From Mobula hypostoma (taxonomy: Eukaryota): DNA of 64,000 nt. Numbering within the stretch: the stretch's first letter is position 1; each line of letters begins with the position of its first letter. The stretch lies in the NCBI RefSeq assembly GCF_963921235.1, contig NC_086100.1, positions 202,184,001-202,248,000 on the forward strand. The letters run 5' to 3'. Below the pieces are notes generated by a model that saw nothing but the letters and a program-made list of their open reading frames with translations, searched no databases and had not been told where the DNA came from. Shown here in pieces: positions 25,401 through 39,399 of this stretch. The translations under genes were made by a program, and so were the position numbers.

Positions 25401-25870
25401 ATAGAACTCTTTCATTCCTGGAATCATCCTTGCGAATCATTTCTGAACCCTCTCCAATGCCAGCACATCCTTTCTGACATAAGGATGCCAGAACTGTTCA
25501 CAGCACTCAAGGTGAGGCCTCACCAGTGCCTTATAAAGCCTCAGCATCACATCCCTGCTCTTGTATTCTAGACCTCTTGAAATGAACGCTAACATGGCAT
25601 TTGCCTTCCTCACCACCGACTCAACCTGCAAGTTAACCTTTAGGGTGATCTGCACAAGGTCTCCCAAGCCCCTTTGCACCTCAGGTTTTTGAATTTTCTT
25701 CCCATTTAGAAAATAGTCCGAACATTTATTTCTTCTACTAAAGTGCGTGACCATGAATTTTCCAACATTGCATTTAATTTGCCCCTTTCCTAATCTGTCT
25801 AAATCCGTCTGTATCCTACCTGTTTCCTTAATACTACCTGCCCCTCCACCATCTGCAGACTTGGCAACAA
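22486..25870. mobile_element. Cluster of CR1 fragments in mixed orientation
   Basis: RDLGVLV, LVRTHLEYC, YRPPNS, MGDFN, FFSQRVVNLWN. Confidence 0.82.
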
Positions 25871-26372
25871 GCCCATTTCCCCGTGTGCCACGGCCTGAAG
25901 ATCGAAGTGCGTCACATGTTGTCCTGAAGCCACGCTTCTGCAGGAATAAGCACGCAGTTCTTCATCTCGTGTTGCATCAGCCACGGACGGAGTCAATCCA
26001 GCTTGCTTTCCAGGGAGCAATCACTGTGGAGCCAGCCCCAACCCAGCACCGAGTGCAGCCCGCCTGTTCTCTCCTACGTAACCCCCGGTACCTCCTCCCC
26101 GGGGAAGCTGTACCAGGCGATGCCACAGAATGAGGCCCTCGTCCATGCAACATTTGCCACTATAGGAAAAAACCTCTCCATTAGTACAAGAGGGATGTCC
26201 CACCTCCTGACCTCCAGATCCTTCATTTTCCCTGCTTTTACCTGATCCGGTTACCGCACTCCACCCCACTGATGCCTGACCTCCGTCGCCCTCCCTCCCT
26301 GGGCTCCCTCTCTTCTGGCAGCTTGAGGTGACAGGATCGTGACACACCCCTTAATCACATCTTCCTACTCAC

Positions 26373-26574
26373 CCTGCCGTGACCACACTTGGTGCCCGTC
26401 CTCACCAGGCCAGGGTCAGCATCGTCCCCTCCGTCCTGGGCAGAGTACAGGTAGGTGCCTCGGCATCTCAGCTCCCTGCCGTGGTGGAGGATGGTGGTGT
26501 CGATGGGCACGGTGTTGCGCTCCCGGGGGTTTTCCGCCGGGCTCAGGCACTGGATTTTGCCGCACAGGGCGTCA
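26373..26574 (-). CDS. ADAM33: ADAM33-like exon (202 nt), Cys-rich domain
   Basis: DALCGKIQCLSPAENPRERNTVPIDTTILHHGRELRCRGTYLYSAQDGGDDADPGLVRTGTKCGHGR. Acceptor ccacag|T, donor AGG|gtgagt, phase 2 to 0. Confidence 0.93.
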
Positions 26575-28081
26575 CTGTGGACACAGCACGACTCCAATAA
26601 AACCTAGGGAGGCCTGAGGCCACGCCAGGGTCACCCGTCCACAGTATACCCACCCTCACACTGATAGGAACAGGGCCAGCATACACAGGAGAGGGGGTGA
26701 GGGGACAGAGAGTGGAGGGGAGGAGGCGATAGGGTGGACGGGGTGATGAGGCAATGGGTTGACAGAGGGAGGGGTGAAGAATGAAGGGATGAGGGTGATG
26801 GGGTGTGGGCTGAGCGGAAAGTGTGCCTGCTGATGGGAGCAGAAATCGTCAAGGATCACCCAGAGATGAAAGACTGGGGTGTCGCGGTTAATGGGACACT
26901 GTTACAGCTCGGGGCAATTCCAGCATTGTCTGCAAGAAGGTTGTACATTCTTCCGTGACCACGTGGGTTTCCGATGAGTGCCCTGCTTTCCTCCCGCACC
27001 CCAAAGATGAAGCTAATTGGTTATGGTAAATTGTCCCGTGACTCGACTAGGGTTAAGTCAGTGGGTTGCTGGGTTGGAGGGGCCTGTTCCAAGATGTATG
27101 CCCGAATAAGTGAAATAAAGATTAGCTTTATTTGCCCCAAAGACATTGGAGCAGAATTAGGCATTCGGCCCATTGAATCTGTTCCTCCATTTGATCATAG
27201 CTATTCCTTCCCTCTCTGTCCTATTCCCCTGCCTTCTCCCCATAAGCTTTCATGCCCTGTCCAATCAAGAATCTCTGCTTTATATACACTCAATGACTTG
27301 ACCTCCACAGCCACCTGTGGCAACGAATTCCACAGATTTACCACCCTCTGGCTAAAGAAATTCCTCCTCATTTCAGAATCAGAATCAGAATTATTATCAC
27401 TGGCATGTGTCAGTAAACTTCACATGCAGTCCTAGTGGACGTCCCTCTATTCTGAGGTTGTGCCCTCTGGTCCTAGACTCCCCACACTACAGGAAACATC
27501 CTCCTACATCCACTCTATCGTAGCCTTTCAAAATAAGACCGGAAGATATGGTAGCAGAATTAGGCAATTTGGCTCATCGAGTCTGCTCCACCATTTCATC
27601 ACAGCTGATCCAATTTTCCTCTCAGCCTGAATCTACATATCCCTCCATGCCCTGTCCAGTCAAGAATTATCAACATCTGCCTTAAATATACATAAAGACT
27701 TGGCCTCCATAGCTGCCTGTGGCAAAAAATTCCACAGATTCACCAGTCTCTGCCTAAAGAAATCCCTCCTCATCTCCGATCTTAAAGGATGCCCTACTGT
27801 TGTAAGGCTTATGTCCTCTGGTCTTAGACCCTCTCTTTTTTTGTAATATAATTTTTATTGAATTTTCAAAAAGAATACATGAAAAAATAGAATCTACCCT
27901 CCCCCCTCCCCTTAACCCTCTCCCCCCCATATATATAGTCCTACCTAAAAAGAAAGAAAAAGAAAAAAAAGAAGAGCCGCCTGGGTATTGGAAGGTTTCC
28001 ACATGCTCCATGGGATTCAAAATAAATTTGGTACAATTATTCGTTACTTTCCCCAAGTGACCAAAGTCTTTATCGGAGCAC

Positions 28082-31000
28082 TTAAATATGCCATCCTATC
28101 TTTTGTAAATAAGGGCGCCAAATATTCAAAAATGTTACATATTTATCTCTTAAATTATAAGTAATTTTTTCGAGTGGAATAGAACTAGCCATTTCATTAT
28201 TCCAACGATCCATACTTAAATACGAATCAGATTTCCAAGTAACTGCTATAGTCTTCTTAGCTACTGCCAATGCAATTTTTATAAATTCTTTCTGATATTT
28301 ATTCAATTTAAGTTTTGGTTTTATCCCTTCAATATCACCTAATAAAAATAATACAGGGTTATGTGGAAGTTGAGTTGCAGTAATTTGTTCCAATAAGATT
28401 CTTAAATTTATCCAAAAGGGTTGAATTTTAAAACAAGACCAAGTAGAATGCAAAAAAGTACCAATTTCTTGATTACACCAAAAACATTTATCAGATAGAT
28501 TTGAATTTAATCTATGTATTTTTTGCGGTGTAATATATAATTGGTGTAAAAAATTATATTGTACTAGTCTAAGTCGAACATTTATTCTATTTGTCATACT
28601 GTCAAGACAAAGTCTTGACCAATTTGTTTCATCAATAATAATATTCAGATCTGTTTCCCATTTTTGCTTTGACTTATGGGTTCCTTGTTTAATTGTCTGT
28701 TCTTGAATCAAATTATACATACAAGAAATAAATTTTTTAATTTTCCCTTTTTGAATTAAAATTTCAATTTCATTAGGTTTTGGCAAAAACATTGTTTGAC
28801 CCAGCTTACCTTTTCAGTAAGCCCTTAATTGAAAGTAACAAAAGAAAGTATTATTAGATATTTTATATTTATCCTTTAATTGTTCAAATGACATCAATAT
28901 ACCTCGTTCAAAACAATCTCCTATAAATTTAATCCCTTTTTGGTACCAATTATATAAAGTTGATTGTCCATTGTAAAAGGAAGAAGTCTGTTTTGGAACA
29001 AAGGTCTCCTTGCTAATAGAGATTTCTGTGTTTCATTATCAACATTTATCTTATTCCATAGATCAATCAAATGTGTTAATATAGGAGATTCTTTCTTTTC
29101 CCGTATCAATTTAGATTCCCATTTATATATAAAATCTTCAGGTCTATTTTCTCCTATCTTGTCTAGTTCTATTTTAATCCATGCTGGTTTTCGATCATCG
29201 AAGAAAGATGCAATAAATCTAAGTTGATTTGCTTTATAATAGTTTTTAAAGTTTGGAAGTTGTAACCCTCCTAACCCAAATTTACATGTCAATTTTTCCA
29301 ATGATTTCTTGACATTTTACCTTTCCAAAGAAATTTTCTCACACATTTATTTAACTCTTGAAAAAATTTCTGTGGCAATTGTATTGGTAATGTTTGAAAC
29401 AAATAGTGTAATCTAGGAAATATATTCATTTTTACAACATTGACTCTACCTACTAATATTATTGGTAATATCATCCATTTGTCAAGATCTTCTTGAATTT
29501 TTTTCAATAGTGGTAAATAATTAAATTTATATAAATTCTTTAGATCATTATCAAGTCTTATACCTAAATACTTTATACCATTTACCGGCCATCTAAATTG
29601 GGTTACTAATCGACATTGACTATAGTCTCCTTTAGTAAGAGGTAAAATTTCACTTTTATCCCAATTTATTTTGTAACCTGATACCTTCCCATATTCATCC
29701 AATCTAGAACATAATTTACGTAACGAATGTTGTGGATTTGTTAAATAGATCAAAACATCATCGGCAAAAAGATTAATTTTATATTCCTCCTGATTAACTC
29801 TAAAACCCATAATATCTGGATCAATTCTAATTAGTTCTGCTAATGGCTCTATCGCCAATACAAATAAAGCAGGTGATAGTGGACAACCTTGTCCAGTTGA
29901 CCTTTTTAAATGGAATGGTGTTGAAATTTGAGAGTTTGTCACTACTTTAGCTTTAGGATTAGAATTTAAAGTTTTAATCCAATTTATAAAAGATCTTCCT
30001 AACCCATATTTTTCTAGTACTTTAAATAAAAAATCCCATTCTAATCTATCAAATGCTTTTTCTGCATCCAAAGCTACTACTATACTCTTCTCATCCCTTT
30101 TTTTGTGCCAAATGAATTATACTGAGTAGCCGAGTTACATTATCTGCCAATTGTCTATTTTTAATAAATCCTGTTTGATCCATATGTATTAATTTTGGTA
30201 AATATTTAGATAATCTATTCAATAAAATTTTTGCTATTATTTTATAATCCGTATTCAATAAAGAAATAGGCCTATATGATGCTGGTTTCATAGGATCTCT
30301 GTCTTTTTTTGGCAATACTATTACAATCGCTGTTGAAAAAGATTCTGGAAGTTTATGTATTTTTTCTGCTTGACGTATTAGTTCCATAAAAAGAGGAAAT
30401 AATAAATCTTTAAATTTTTTATAAAATTCAAGTGGAAAACCATCTTCTCCTGGAGATTTATTACTTTGGAGTGATCCTAAAGCTTCTTCAACTTCTTTTA
30501 ATGTAAAAGGCATATCTAATCCCTTCTGTTCTTCCAAATTCAATTTTGGAAGAGAAACCTGTGATAAAAACCTTTCTATCTCATTAACATCATTTTGGGA
30601 TTCTGATTGATATAATTCAGAATATAAATTTTTTAAAGTTTCATTTATTTCAAGAGGTTTATAAGATATTTTATTTGCCCTTGTTCTAATTGCATTTATT
30701 GTTTTGGAAGCTTGTTCTGTTTTCAACTGCCAGGCAAGAATTTTATGTGCTCTCTCACCTAACTCATAATACCTTTGTTTAGTTCTTATAATTGCTTTTT
30801 CCGTTCTATATGTCTGAAGTGTATTATATTGTAACTTCTTATTGACAAGTTGTTTTCGTTTTTCTTCTGACATACATCTTTGAGATTTTTTTCTATTTTT
30901 GTAATCTCTTTTTCCAATTGATCTTGTTCTGCCATATATTCTTTCTTAATTTTAAACGTATAACTTATTATCTGGTCCCTAAGATATGCTTTCATCGCAT

Positions 31001-31824
31001 CCCATAATATAAATTTATCATCCACTGAATGAAAATTTGTATCCAAAAAAAATTGAATCTGCTTTTTCATAAAATCACAAAAATCTTGACGTTTTAATAA
31101 TGTTGAATTAAATCTCCATCTATAAGCCACTTCCTTATCAGCCATTATTATTGTCATTAATAAAGGGGAATGATCTGATAATATTCTTGCTTTATATTCC
31201 ATATTTTTCACTCTGTGTTGAATATGCATTGATAATAGAAACAAATCTATCCTTGAGAAAGTTTTATGTCTATGGGAGTAGAACGAATAGTCTCTTTCTT
31301 TAGGATTGATTCTTCTCCATATATCAATCAGATTTAAATCCTTCATCAATGATAAAGTTAAATTTACTACCTTCGATTTTATAACAGCCTTGGTTGATCT
31401 ATCTAAGACTGGGTCTAAGCAAAAATTAAAGTCTCCTCCAATTAATATTTTTTCATGCGCATCCACCAAATTCAGAAAAGCTTCTTGTATGAATTTTGCA
31501 TAATTTTCATAGTTCAGAAAAAAGTTGACAATGTATAATCACACATCTCCCCGCAGAATCAGTTATTACATTTTGTATTCTAATTGGTAACGTTTTATTG
31601 ATCAAAATTGCTACTCCCCTCGCTTTTGAATTAAATGAAGCCGCAACAACACTACCCACCCAATCTCTCTTTAGTTTCTGATGTTCTGTTTCTGTTAGCT
31701 GCGTTTCCTGTAAAAAAGCTAAATCTATCTTCATTTTTTTAATATGTGTTAAGATTCTTTTTCTTTTCACTGGTCCATTAAGCCCGTTAACATTAAAACT
31801 CAAAAAATTCAATAAATTAGTCAT
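28082..31824 (-). pseudogene. L1 ORF2p (endonuclease, reverse transcriptase, CCHC), multiple frameshifts
   Basis: Pieces SFNVNGLN..FLQET, GGDFN, SRID, SDHSP, SPGEDGF, YRPISLLNTDYKI, DAEKAFDR, QGCPLSPALF, LFADD, KYLGI and CFWC..H..WSC across ORFs from 31507..31836 down to 28082..28792. Confidence 0.92.
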
Positions 31825-32299
31825 TATTCTTAACAAAGTTACTCCAATCTAAAACATTATTTATCTTCTCAACTTTCATAGTTCCTTGGGGAATCTCTTT
31901 AAACTTCACCATGTTGCTATGTGTCTCCCTCCCAACCTTCCAGGCAGAAAGAAAAAAGAAGATAGAAAAAGTACAAAAAAAGAAAAAACAAAATACCCCC
32001 CCACTAATGTTGTGAATGAAAAGATACACAACACTACCCCCCTCCATTTTACGGGTCGTGGCAAAAACCACGCTTGCACACATGACTAGCGTAGCAATCG
32101 ATCAGTGCTTCTTCCAGCTCCCCCGCAACAAAAAAACATTATATATATATAGACAAAATTAGTATTACTATTCCCAACTAATATTCCTCCAGTTTTAACC
32201 TTTCTTACCCCCCTCGTATAATTAATAATATATTTATACATTCATCCAGCTTCAAAAATCCATCAAGTCCATTCTTTAACCCAATCTTCATCTTCAATC

Positions 32300-33405
32300 T
32301 ATCTCGCTCTCCTGGGTTTGTTCTTGTATCTGGTGAGTTTTCAGAGAATCTCGCACAAACTGCTCTGCTTTCTAGTAATCATCAAAAAATCTTTTTTCTC
32401 CACCAGGCAAAAAAATCTTCAAGGTTGCAGGATAACGCAGTGTAAATTGATAACCATGATCCCATAGGGTTTTTTTCACTGGATTAAATTTCTTCCTTCT
32501 CTTCAAAAGTTCGTAACTTATATCAGGATAGAAAAAAACTTTGTTCCCTTCAATTATCAATGGCCCTTTTTTATCTTTGGCAGCTCAAGCAGAATCCTTT
32601 CCTTGTCTTGAAATCTTAAGAATTTTATTAAAATCGATCGTGGATATTGGTCATCTTTTGGTTTTGGTCTTAAAGCTCTATGTGCCCGCTCAATTTCAAT
32701 TGATCGAACCTCCTCTTCCATTTGCAAAACATCCGGGATCCATCTTTGAAAAAATTCTATTGGTTTATCTCCCTCCATACCTTCTTTAAGACCAACAATT
32801 TTAATATTATTACATCTACTAAAATTTTCCAACATGTCCACTTTCTCCAAGATTCGGTTTCTTTCCGAATTCCAGACAAGCAAATCATTTTCTGTTTTTT
32901 CCACTCTATCATTCATATGCCCCATTGCTCTTTCCATCTTCTGAAGCTTCTTATCCATTTTGTCCTGTCTTGCCATAACTTTATCATAGCACATCTTCAT
33001 ATCTCTAAGCTCTTCTCTTACTTTTCTTAATTCAGCCGTTAATTGCAATAAAGCCTCTCTCATGTCTCTATCATCTCCTTTACTTCCAATCGCTTCCAAT
33101 TCTTCCTCCTCTTCTTCATCTGTGTTCTCTGCAGAATCCGATTCTGACTCTGAGTCATTTTCAATTGCAGTGGCTGTCGGTTCTTGTAGTTTGCGTTGTG
33201 TCGATTTGCGCATGCGCTCTACTTTGCGCAAGCACACTTCCGGTGTCTTCTTCGAAGAAGCCGTTGCCACCGCCATTGCTCCCTGTTCTACCGAAGGAGA
33301 TCCAACCTGAGTCCGAGGCTCCATCGTTGCAGTAGGCCCTTTTTGCTTCCCGTCTCGCGGCTGCTTCACAACAGCAGACTTCTTTTGTTGCGGTTTAGGA
33401 GGCAT
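32300..33405 (-). pseudogene. L1 ORF1p (coiled coil, RRM, CTD), frameshifted near 32560-32590
   Basis: ORF track pieces 32557..33405 and 32372..32560. The lower end is approximate. Confidence 0.88.
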
Positions 33406-33562
33406 ATCGTAAAGTAATCTTACAAAGTTTATAAATAGTTTTCAGGAAATATTTACTAACTTTGTTTTGTTTAAACGGTACTTTACTGACTTGTTGCAGG
33501 AGAGCTGGATTTACACGTCTCAATCCCACGTCATCACGTGACGCCCCCCATCTTAGACCCTC

Positions 33563-36500
33563 CCACCATAGGAATCATCCTCTCCACATCCACTCTGTTG
33601 AGGCTTTTCACCATTCGATAGGTTTCAATGAGGGCACCCCTCATTCTTCTGAATTGCAGTGAGTACAGGTCCAGAGCCATCAAACACTCTTCATATGACA
33701 ACATCCAATCCTGGAATCATTTTCATGAACTTTCTTTGAATTTTCTCCAGTTTTAGCACATCCTTTCTAAGGGGCTGAAAACTGCGCACAATACTCCAAG
33801 TGAGGCCTCACCAGTGCCTTATAAAGTCTCAACATTACATTCTTGGTTTTATAGAACATAGAAATCTACAGCTCATTACAGGCCCACAACGTTATGCCAA
33901 CCATGTAACCTACTCTACAAACTGTCTAGAATTTCCCTAGTGCATAGCCTCTATTTTTCTAAGCTCCATGTACCGATCTAAGAGGCTCTTAAAAGACCCT
34001 GTTGTATCAGCTTCCACCACTGTCACTGGCAGTGCATTCCTCACACCCACCACTCTCTGTGTGAAAAACTTAACACTGACATACCCTCACTACCTATTTC
34101 CAAGCATCTTAAAACTGTGCCCTCTCGTGCTAGTCATTTCAGCCCTGGGAAAAAGCCTCTGGCTATCCACACGATCAATGCCTCTCATCATCTTATACAT
34201 CTCTATCTGGTCACCTCATCCTCTGTCACTCCAAGGAGAAAAGGCCGAGTTCACTCAACCTATTCTCATAAGACATGTTCCCCAATCCAGGCAACATTGT
34301 GGTAAATCTCCTCTGCACTCTCTATAGTATCCACATCCTTCCTGTAGTGAGGTGACCACAACTGAACACACTACTCCAAGTGGGGTCTGACCAAGGTCTT
34401 ATATAGCTGTAACATTACCTCACGGCTCTTAAACTCAGTCCCACTGTTGATGAATGCCAACGCACCATATGCCTTCTTAACAACAGAGTCAACCTGCGCA
34501 GCAGGTTTGAGTGTCCTATCGACATGGACTCCAAGATCTCTTAGATCCTCCACACTGCCAAGAGTCTTACCATTAGTATTATATTCTGTCTTCAAATTGG
34601 ACCTATCAAAATGAACCACCTCACACTTACCTGGGTTGAACTCCATCTGCCACTTTTCAGCCCAGTTCTGCATCCTATCGATGTCCCGCTGTAACCTCTG
34701 ACAACCTTCCAGACTATCCACAACACCCCAAATTTTGTGTCCTCAGCAAACTTACTAACTCACCCTTCTACTTCTTCATCCAGGTCATCTATAAAAATCG
34801 CAAAGAGGAGGGGTCCCAGAACAGATCCTTGTGGAACACCACTGGTCACCAACCTCCATGCAGAATAGGAACCATCTACAACCACCCTTTGCCTTCTGTG
34901 GGGAAGCCAATTCTGGATCCACAAAGCAAGGTCTCCTTGGATCCCATGTCTCCTTACTTTCTGAAGGAGCCTTGCATGGGGAATCTTATCAAATGTCTTA
35001 CTGAAATCCATATACACTACATCCACTGCTCTACCTTCATCAATGTGTTTAGTCACATCCCCAAAGAATTCAATCAGGCTCGTAAGGCACCACTTACCCT
35101 TGACAAAGCCATGCTGACTATTCCTAATCAGATTATGTCTCTCGAAATGCTCATAAATCCTGCCTCTCAGAATCTTCTCTGACAACTTGCCCACCATTTA
35201 AGTCAGACTCACTGGTCTGTAACTTCCTGGGTTATCTCTACTCCCTTTCTTGAACAAGGGAACAACATTTGCAACCCTGCAATCCTCTGGTACTTCTCCC
35301 ATCCCTATTGATGATGCAAAGATCATTACAAGAGGTTCAACAATCTCCTCCCTCACTTCCCACAGTAGCCTGGGGTACATTTCATCCAGTCCTGGTGACT
35401 TATCTAACTTAATGCTTTTCAAAAGCTCCAGCACATCCTCTTTCTTAATGTCTATATGCTCAAGTGTTTCAGTCCGCTGTAAGTCATCCCCACAACTCCT
35501 AAAATAATATGGTAACTTCAAACACTTCATGACCCCTGACGCCTGAAAATTGACGGTGTCTTCCACAGTGAAGAACGATGCAAAATACTTATTCAGTTCA
35601 TCTGCCATTTCCTTGTACCCCATTACTACCTCTCCAGCATCGTTTTCTAATGGTACGATAACAACTCTCACCCCTCTTTTACACTTTATATATCTGAAGA
35701 AACTTCTGGTATCCACTTTAATATTACTGGCTAGCTTACTTTCACATTCCATCTTTACCTTCTTAATGGCTTTTTAGTTGCCTTCTGTTTGTATTTAAAA
35801 GCTTCCCAATCCTCTAACTTCCCACTAATTTTTGCTCCGTTATATGAGCTCTCTTTGGCTTTGACCTCCCTTATATATACCCTATGCCTTCTGAATTGCT
35901 TCCAGAACCTCCAGCTATTGTGGTTCTGCTATCAACCCTGCTAGTGTTCTTTCCAATCAATTCTGGCCAACTCTTCTCTCATGCCTCTGTAATTCCCTGT
36001 AATACTGATATATCTGATACACCTAGCTTCTCTCTCTCAAATTTCAGGGTGAATTTGATCACATTATGTTCCCTTCTCCCCTAAATGTTCTTTTACCTTA
36101 AGCTCTCTGATCAATTATAGTTCATTGCACAACACCCAATCCAGAATAGCTGATCCCCTAGTGGGCTCAACCACAAACTGCTCTAAAAAGCTATCTTGTA
36201 GGCATTCTAGAAATTCCCCCTCTTGGAATCCAATCTACCTGCATATTGAAGTTTCCCCCTTGACTACTGTAAAATTGCCCTATTGTAACATTTTCTATCT
36301 CCCGTTGTAATTTGTAGGCCACATCCATGCTACTGTTTGGGGCTCTGTGTACAACTCCCATCAAGGTATTTTTACCCTTGCTGTGGGTTTTCTATGTTTC
36401 TATGTTTAAAACTGTGCCCTCTCATGCTAGCCATTTCAGCCCTGGGAAAAAGCCTCTGACTATCCACACGATCAATGCCTCTCATTATCTTGTACACCTC

Positions 36501-38690
36501 TATCAGGTCACTTCTCATCCTCCGTCGCTCCAAGGAGAAAAGGCCGAGTTCACTCAACCAATTCTCATAAGGCATGCTCCCCAATCCAGGCAACATCCTT
36601 GTAAATCTCTTCTGCACCCTTTCTATGGTTTCCAAATCCTTTCTATAGTGAGGCGACCAGAACTGAGCACAGTACTCCAAGTGGGGTCTGACCAGGGTCC
36701 TATATAGCTGCAACATTACCTCTCGGCTCTTGAACTCAATCCCACGATTGATGAAGGCCAATACATCGTATGCTTTCTTAACCACAGAGTCAACCTGCAT
36801 AGTAGCTTTGAGTGTCCTATGGACTCGGACCTCAAGATCCCTCTGATCCCCCACACTGCCAAGAGTCTTACCATTAATGCTATATTCTGCCATCATATTT
36901 GACCTACCAAAATAACCACCTCACACTTAGCTGGGTTAAGTCCTTGGCTTTTACGCAGCCCTTTATTTCCCTTGTCAGCCACAATTGCCTCACTCTGCCG
37001 TTTGAAAACAACTTCTGTGGGATTTCTTTATCCTGCGCCTTGTGAACTATTCCTGGAAACTTCAGCCCGTGTTCTGCCGTCATCCCTGCCAGTATCCCCC
37101 TCTGATCCACCTGAGCAAGCTCCTCTCTCAAGCCTCTGTAATTCCCTTTATCCCATTGCGATACTGATACATGTGAGTTTTGCTTCTCCCTCTCAAATTG
37201 CAGTATGAATTCAATCATATTATCATCAGTCCCTCCTGAGGGTCCCCTTATGTTAAGCTCCCTAATAAGATCTGGGTTATTACACAACACCCAATCTAAG
37301 ACAGCTTTTCCCTACTAGGCTTGAGCACGAGCTGCTCCAAAAAGCCACCTCATAGATATTCTACAAATTCCCTCTCTTGCGATACAACACCAACCTGATT
37401 TTCCCAATGCCCTTGCATAGTGAAGTCCCCCATTACAATTGTGACATTACCCTTTTTACATGCCCTTTCCAGCTCTCTTTGCAATCTCAGCTCCACATCT
37501 TGGCTACTATTTGGGGGCCTATAAATGATTCCAATAATGTTTTTTTTACCCTTGCAGTTTCTTAACTCCACCCGCGAAGATTCAACTTTCTCTGACCCCA
37601 CATCACCTCTTTCCAAAGATGTAATTCCATCTCTTACCAACAGAGCCACACCACCACCTATCATGTCGATACAATGTGTACCCTTGGACATTAAGCTCAC
37701 AACTATAATTTTCTTTCAGCCATGATTCAGTGATGCCTGCAACACCATATCTGCCAATCTGCCACTGTGGTGCAAGTTCATCCACCTTATTCTGTGAACT
37801 ATACAATACCTTCAGTCCTCTATTCACCCTTTTCGATTTTGTCGCCTTTTTACATTTCAACTCATGCCACTGACTGCAATTTTGCCCTGTCAACAGCCTC
37901 TCCTCACTACACATTGCCTCATCTTCAGCACTATTATCAGCCTTTCCTACGATATTCCTTGTATTGAAATATATGCAGTCGCACGAGTCACACCATGCTC
38001 AACCCTTTGACTCCTAACTTTGTTTGAGACCTTACCAACATCTGCCTCCACAACCTCCCCACTAACTGTTCTGGCATTCGGTTTCCTGTCCCCTGCAACT
38101 CTAGTTTAAACCCCACTGTGTAGCATTAACAAACCTTCCCACTAGGATATTAGTCCCCTCCAGTACAGGTGCAAACTGCCCCTTCTGTACAGGTCCCAGA
38201 TTCCCTGGAAAGGAGCCCAAAGATCCAAAAATCTTATGCCTTCCCTCCTACACCAACTCCTTAGCCACGTATTAAACTGTATAATCTTCCTAGTTCTGGC
38301 CTCACTAGCACGTTGCACAGGTAGCAATCCTGAGATCACAACCCTGGAGGTCCTGCCCTTTAACTTAGCACCCAACTCCCTACGCAGAACTTCGTCACTC
38401 GTCCTACCCATGTCATTAGTACCTACGTAGACCATGACTTCTGGCTGTTCACCCTCCCACTTAAGAATGCTGAGGACTCAATCCGAGATATCCCAGACCC
38501 TGGCACTCGGGAGGCAACATAACATCCGGGAACCTCGTTCTCGTACACCAAGCAAATCCCCTATCTCCCCCCTTCTCTTCTGAGTCACAGAGCCAGACTC
38601 GGTCCCAGAGACCCGACCACTGTGACTTTCCTCTGTTAGGTCACCCCCACCCCGACACTATCCAGAGTGACAGACCTGTTGTTGAGAGGG
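33563..38690 (-). mobile_element. Nested CR1 fragments, including an esterase-type ORF1 remnant at 38142-38435
   Basis: Multiple CR1 ORF2 motifs in the ORF track; VGTNDMG..ISGLLP..LHL. Confidence 0.85.
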
Positions 38691-38976
38691 ATGCCCACAA
38701 CTTACTATGTCATACTGCCAGAAGAAGCTGGAGCACCCGGAGGAAACCCACATGGTCGTGGGCGAACATACAAACGTCGACAGCAGTGGGCTTGAACACG
38801 GATTGCTGGCATCATGGTAACCACTGTGCTCCGTCCCTGACTCCTGCAGTGATGCATGCCCTGCTGCTCTCTCTGAGGTGGGGTATTCATTGGGGAATGG
38901 AGCAGGAACTGGTGGGGGCTCGGTCGGGTATAACAGAGGGAAAACCATTCCTGTCCCCCCTCTCCCCCACACTCAC

Positions 38977-39085
38977 CCACTGGAACACTTAACAAAGGTC
39001 CCATCTCCGTGCTTGCCACAGTTGCCGTACTCATTGCCAGCAGCGTTAACAGCTTCGAAGCAGGCTGGTGGGGCAGGCTGGGCAC
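38977..39085 (-). CDS. ADAM33: ADAM33-like exon (109 nt), Cys-rich domain
   Basis: Translated by hand (this frame is not in the ORF track): (G)AQPAPPACFEAVNAAGNEYGNCGKHGDGTFVKCSS(G). Acceptor ttttccag|GT, donor GG|gtgagt. Phase 1 to 2 matches both neighbours. Confidence 0.92.
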
Positions 39086-39399
39086 CTGGAAAATGGAGAC
39101 ATTAAAACCAGACAGAGCAGACAGCCTCACACCCCTCGATGTACGTGCAAGGATGCAAAAGAGGAGACTGCTGTGACCTTGGCAGAGATTTTTATACACT
39201 TGCTGGGTACTGGGAGATCAGAAGGGTAATGTGGGTAACGTTGTATCTTTATACGAGAAGGGCAGCAAAGACAAAGCAGGGAGCGACAGGCCGGTCAGTC
39301 TGACATCATTCACTACAGTAGTGTGACAGGACGTACTGCAAACTCCTGTCCCTGCAGTGGGACAGTGATAGCGAGGTTCTGGGGTGCTTGGAGACTAAT

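Larger units (their letters stand above)
27834..33550 (-). mobile_element. Full-length (~5.7 kb) L1-clade LINE, inactivated by frameshifts
   Basis: 12-bp TSD tcttagaccctc at 27822-27833 and 33551-33562, splitting a CR1 fragment. G-run at the 5' end. L1-type ORF1 (NNIKIVGL..E, IERAHR, FYPD) and ORF2 with APE endonuclease, RT (LFADD) and CCHC knuckle. AATAAA and short A-tail at the 3' end. Confidence 0.95.
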
